Source: Candidatus Hydrogenedens sp. (GTDB lineage: Bacteria > Hydrogenedentota > Hydrogenedentia > Hydrogenedentales > Hydrogenedentaceae). From it: 64,000 nucleotides of DNA. Every line of letters begins with the position of its first letter. The first letter of the stretch is position 1. Below the pieces are notes generated by a model. That model did no database searches. It was not told the DNA's origin and was given only the letters and a program-made list of their open reading frames with translations. Positions 62,541-64,000 of this stretch are shown piece after piece. The DNA is taken from positions 64,001 to 128,000 of the forward strand of contig JBMFRC010000007.1 of assembly GCA_049968235.1 (NCBI GenBank). Reading direction: 5' to 3'. Position numbers and translations under genes: made by a program.

Positions 62541-64000
62541 ATGAAAAACATATTATCACAAAAAAGCAAACAAACTTTCTTGCTTCTGCTTATCTCCATT
62601 GTATTACTATCCATCTCAGGATTCCCGCAAGAAGAGCATAAAACGGTTCTGGGATTAAATGTGGATTTCAACAAAATTCTTATAAACACCTCTCACGATA
62701 GACTCATCAAAGAAAGGTTTTCAATAGATAAAGGATTATTGGCTCAAACAGAAGAGGGGAAGGCAGCTCTCCAATGGGCAAAGGAACTCCTTCAGGAGCA
62801 AACAACAATTCCGCCAACACCCTATACCCTCTACAGAGAGTATAAAAGAACAGGAGACCGAAAAAAATATGAACAACCTTATTTCCTGAAACGGTCTATG
62901 CTTTCCGCAACTACTTTACTTATTTATTTTGAAAACGATGATTCTTTACTTCCCCTTCTTAACGACCTCATCTGGAATATTTGCGAGGAAACTTCCTGGG
63001 TCCTTCCTGCTCATGAACGACAAGAAAAATATACCTATGTTGACCTGTTTTCCGCCGAAACCGCAACTCAATTAGCCCACACATTCCTCTTCTTAGAAGA
63101 TAAACTTCCTGATGAAATCAAAAAAAGAATTCGCTATGAAGTTAAAAGGAGAGTTATGCAACCTTACCTTTTTTATTCTGAAAATAAATACGGCTGGGTT
63201 AGTGGACGGAATAACTGGACAGGTGTTTGTGCCGGGTCCATCGGTGAATGCTTTATCATACTGGAAGAAAACGAACAAATTCTCCGTAAAGCCATTACTC
63301 TCGTTACAAACCAATTAGCACGGTTCTTGAAAAATGGTTTTGCGGAAGATGGTGGTTGTCTGGAAGGCATCTCTTACTGGAACTATGGACTTACGCATTA
63401 TGTCAGTTTTGGCGAACTACTTTATGAAGCAACCGATGGGAATGTGAATATCATGCAGAACCCGCGTCTTTACCAGATTGCCTTCTACCCTTATGTCGTT
63501 TACTTAGGAAATGGACAATTTGCCAGTTTCTCCGATGCCCCATCGCAATTTTATCCTCACGCTTTCATCACACATCGGTTAGCAGATCGTTTCTCCGCTT
63601 ATGACCGACTTTCTTCTACATCTCATCCTTTCATTTACCATAAATTGGGAAAACGACTAAATGTAGATTACCTGCATGCACTCGCTAATCCTTCACCAAT
63701 ACACTGGCATTTTGGAGATATTATCCGCAATATCCTCTGGTCCTACCCTTATTCTCAACAGGCTAAACAAGAAATCCCCATTAAAAGCACTTGTTTGCCT
63801 AAATCCGGTATTGCAAGATTTGTCTCAAAAGATAATCATGGAAATACACATATTGTTATTTGTAAAGCGGGTAGTAATAATGAACCCCACAATCATAACG
63901 ATGTTGGAAGTTTTGTATATGCTGTCAATAATACTATATTTCTAACAGACCCCGGTGCTGGTCTTTATTCCCGCGAATATTTCAGTGCTAAACGATATGA
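62541..64000 (+). CDS. secreted heparinase II/III-like (polysaccharide lyase-like) protein, 3' end outside window
   Basis: Hand-translated open frame from ATG 62541 (SD AAGGAAAG) to the window end. Signal peptide MKNILSQKSKQTFLLLLISIVLLSISGF; EPHNHNDVGSFVY matches the H-x-H-x-D-x-GSF signature of the family. Not in the ORF track (no stop in window). Confidence 0.7.
   Translation, partial: MKNILSQKSKQTFLLLLISIVLLSISGFPQEEHKTVLGLNVDFNKILINTSHDRLIKERFSIDKGLLAQTEEGKAALQWAKELLQEQTTIPPTPYTLYREYKRTGDRKKYEQPYFLKRSMLSATTLLIYFENDDSLLPLLNDLIWNICEETSWVLPAHERQEKYTYVDLFSAETATQLAHTFLFLEDKLPDEIKKRIRYEVKRRVMQPYLFYSENKYGWVSGRNNWTGVCAGSIGECFIILEENEQILRKAITLVTNQLARFLKNGFAEDGGCLEGISYWNYGLTHYVSFGELLYEATDGNVNIMQNPRLYQIAFYPYVVYLGNGQFASFSDAPSQFYPHAFITHRLADRFSAYDRLSSTSHPFIYHKLGKRLNVDYLHALANPSPIHWHFGDIIRNILWSYPYSQQAKQEIPIKSTCLPKSGIARFVSKDNHGNTHIVICKAGSNNEPHNHNDVGSFVYAVNNTIFLTDPGAGLYSREYFSAKRY

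Overview
This is an AT-rich, gene-dense bacterial chromosomal segment of about 60 protein genes and one tRNA, with no rRNA, CRISPR array or recognisable mobile element. The lineage is probably Planctomycetota or a related PVC group, inferred from the following. A DUF1559 H-X9-DG protein with a prepilin-type N-terminus. Two tandem pilin paralogs. An orphan T2SS-F protein. Many secreted glycan-degrading enzymes (GH5, a clan GH-A hydrolase, a BNR sialidase-like protein, heparinase II/III, NagB). Core genes include ispE (partial), UbiB, aspC, nagB, a Nudix-pncB-nadE NAD-salvage operon, TAT-exported SOD, recF-DUF721 convergent with gyrB-gyrA, tRNA-Val(GAC), rsgA, an Rrf2 regulator next to hcp, pdxA, a MoxR-DUF58-transglutaminase operon, DegT-ALDH-YtxJ, a coiled-coil protein upstream of ftsA, hisS, and trkA-trkH. 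The most unusual locus is an 840-bp AT-rich intergenic region at 12067-12906 that the ORF track leaves empty. It holds two tandem paralogous genes for 36- and 40-aa amphipathic peptides, each with a perfect Shine-Dalgarno site, followed by two identical 39-bp palindromic hairpin plus T-tract units 66 bp apart, directly abutting the start of a GH5 gene. A signal-peptide heparinase II/III-like gene (62541 to window end) is also missing from the ORF track because it runs off the window.
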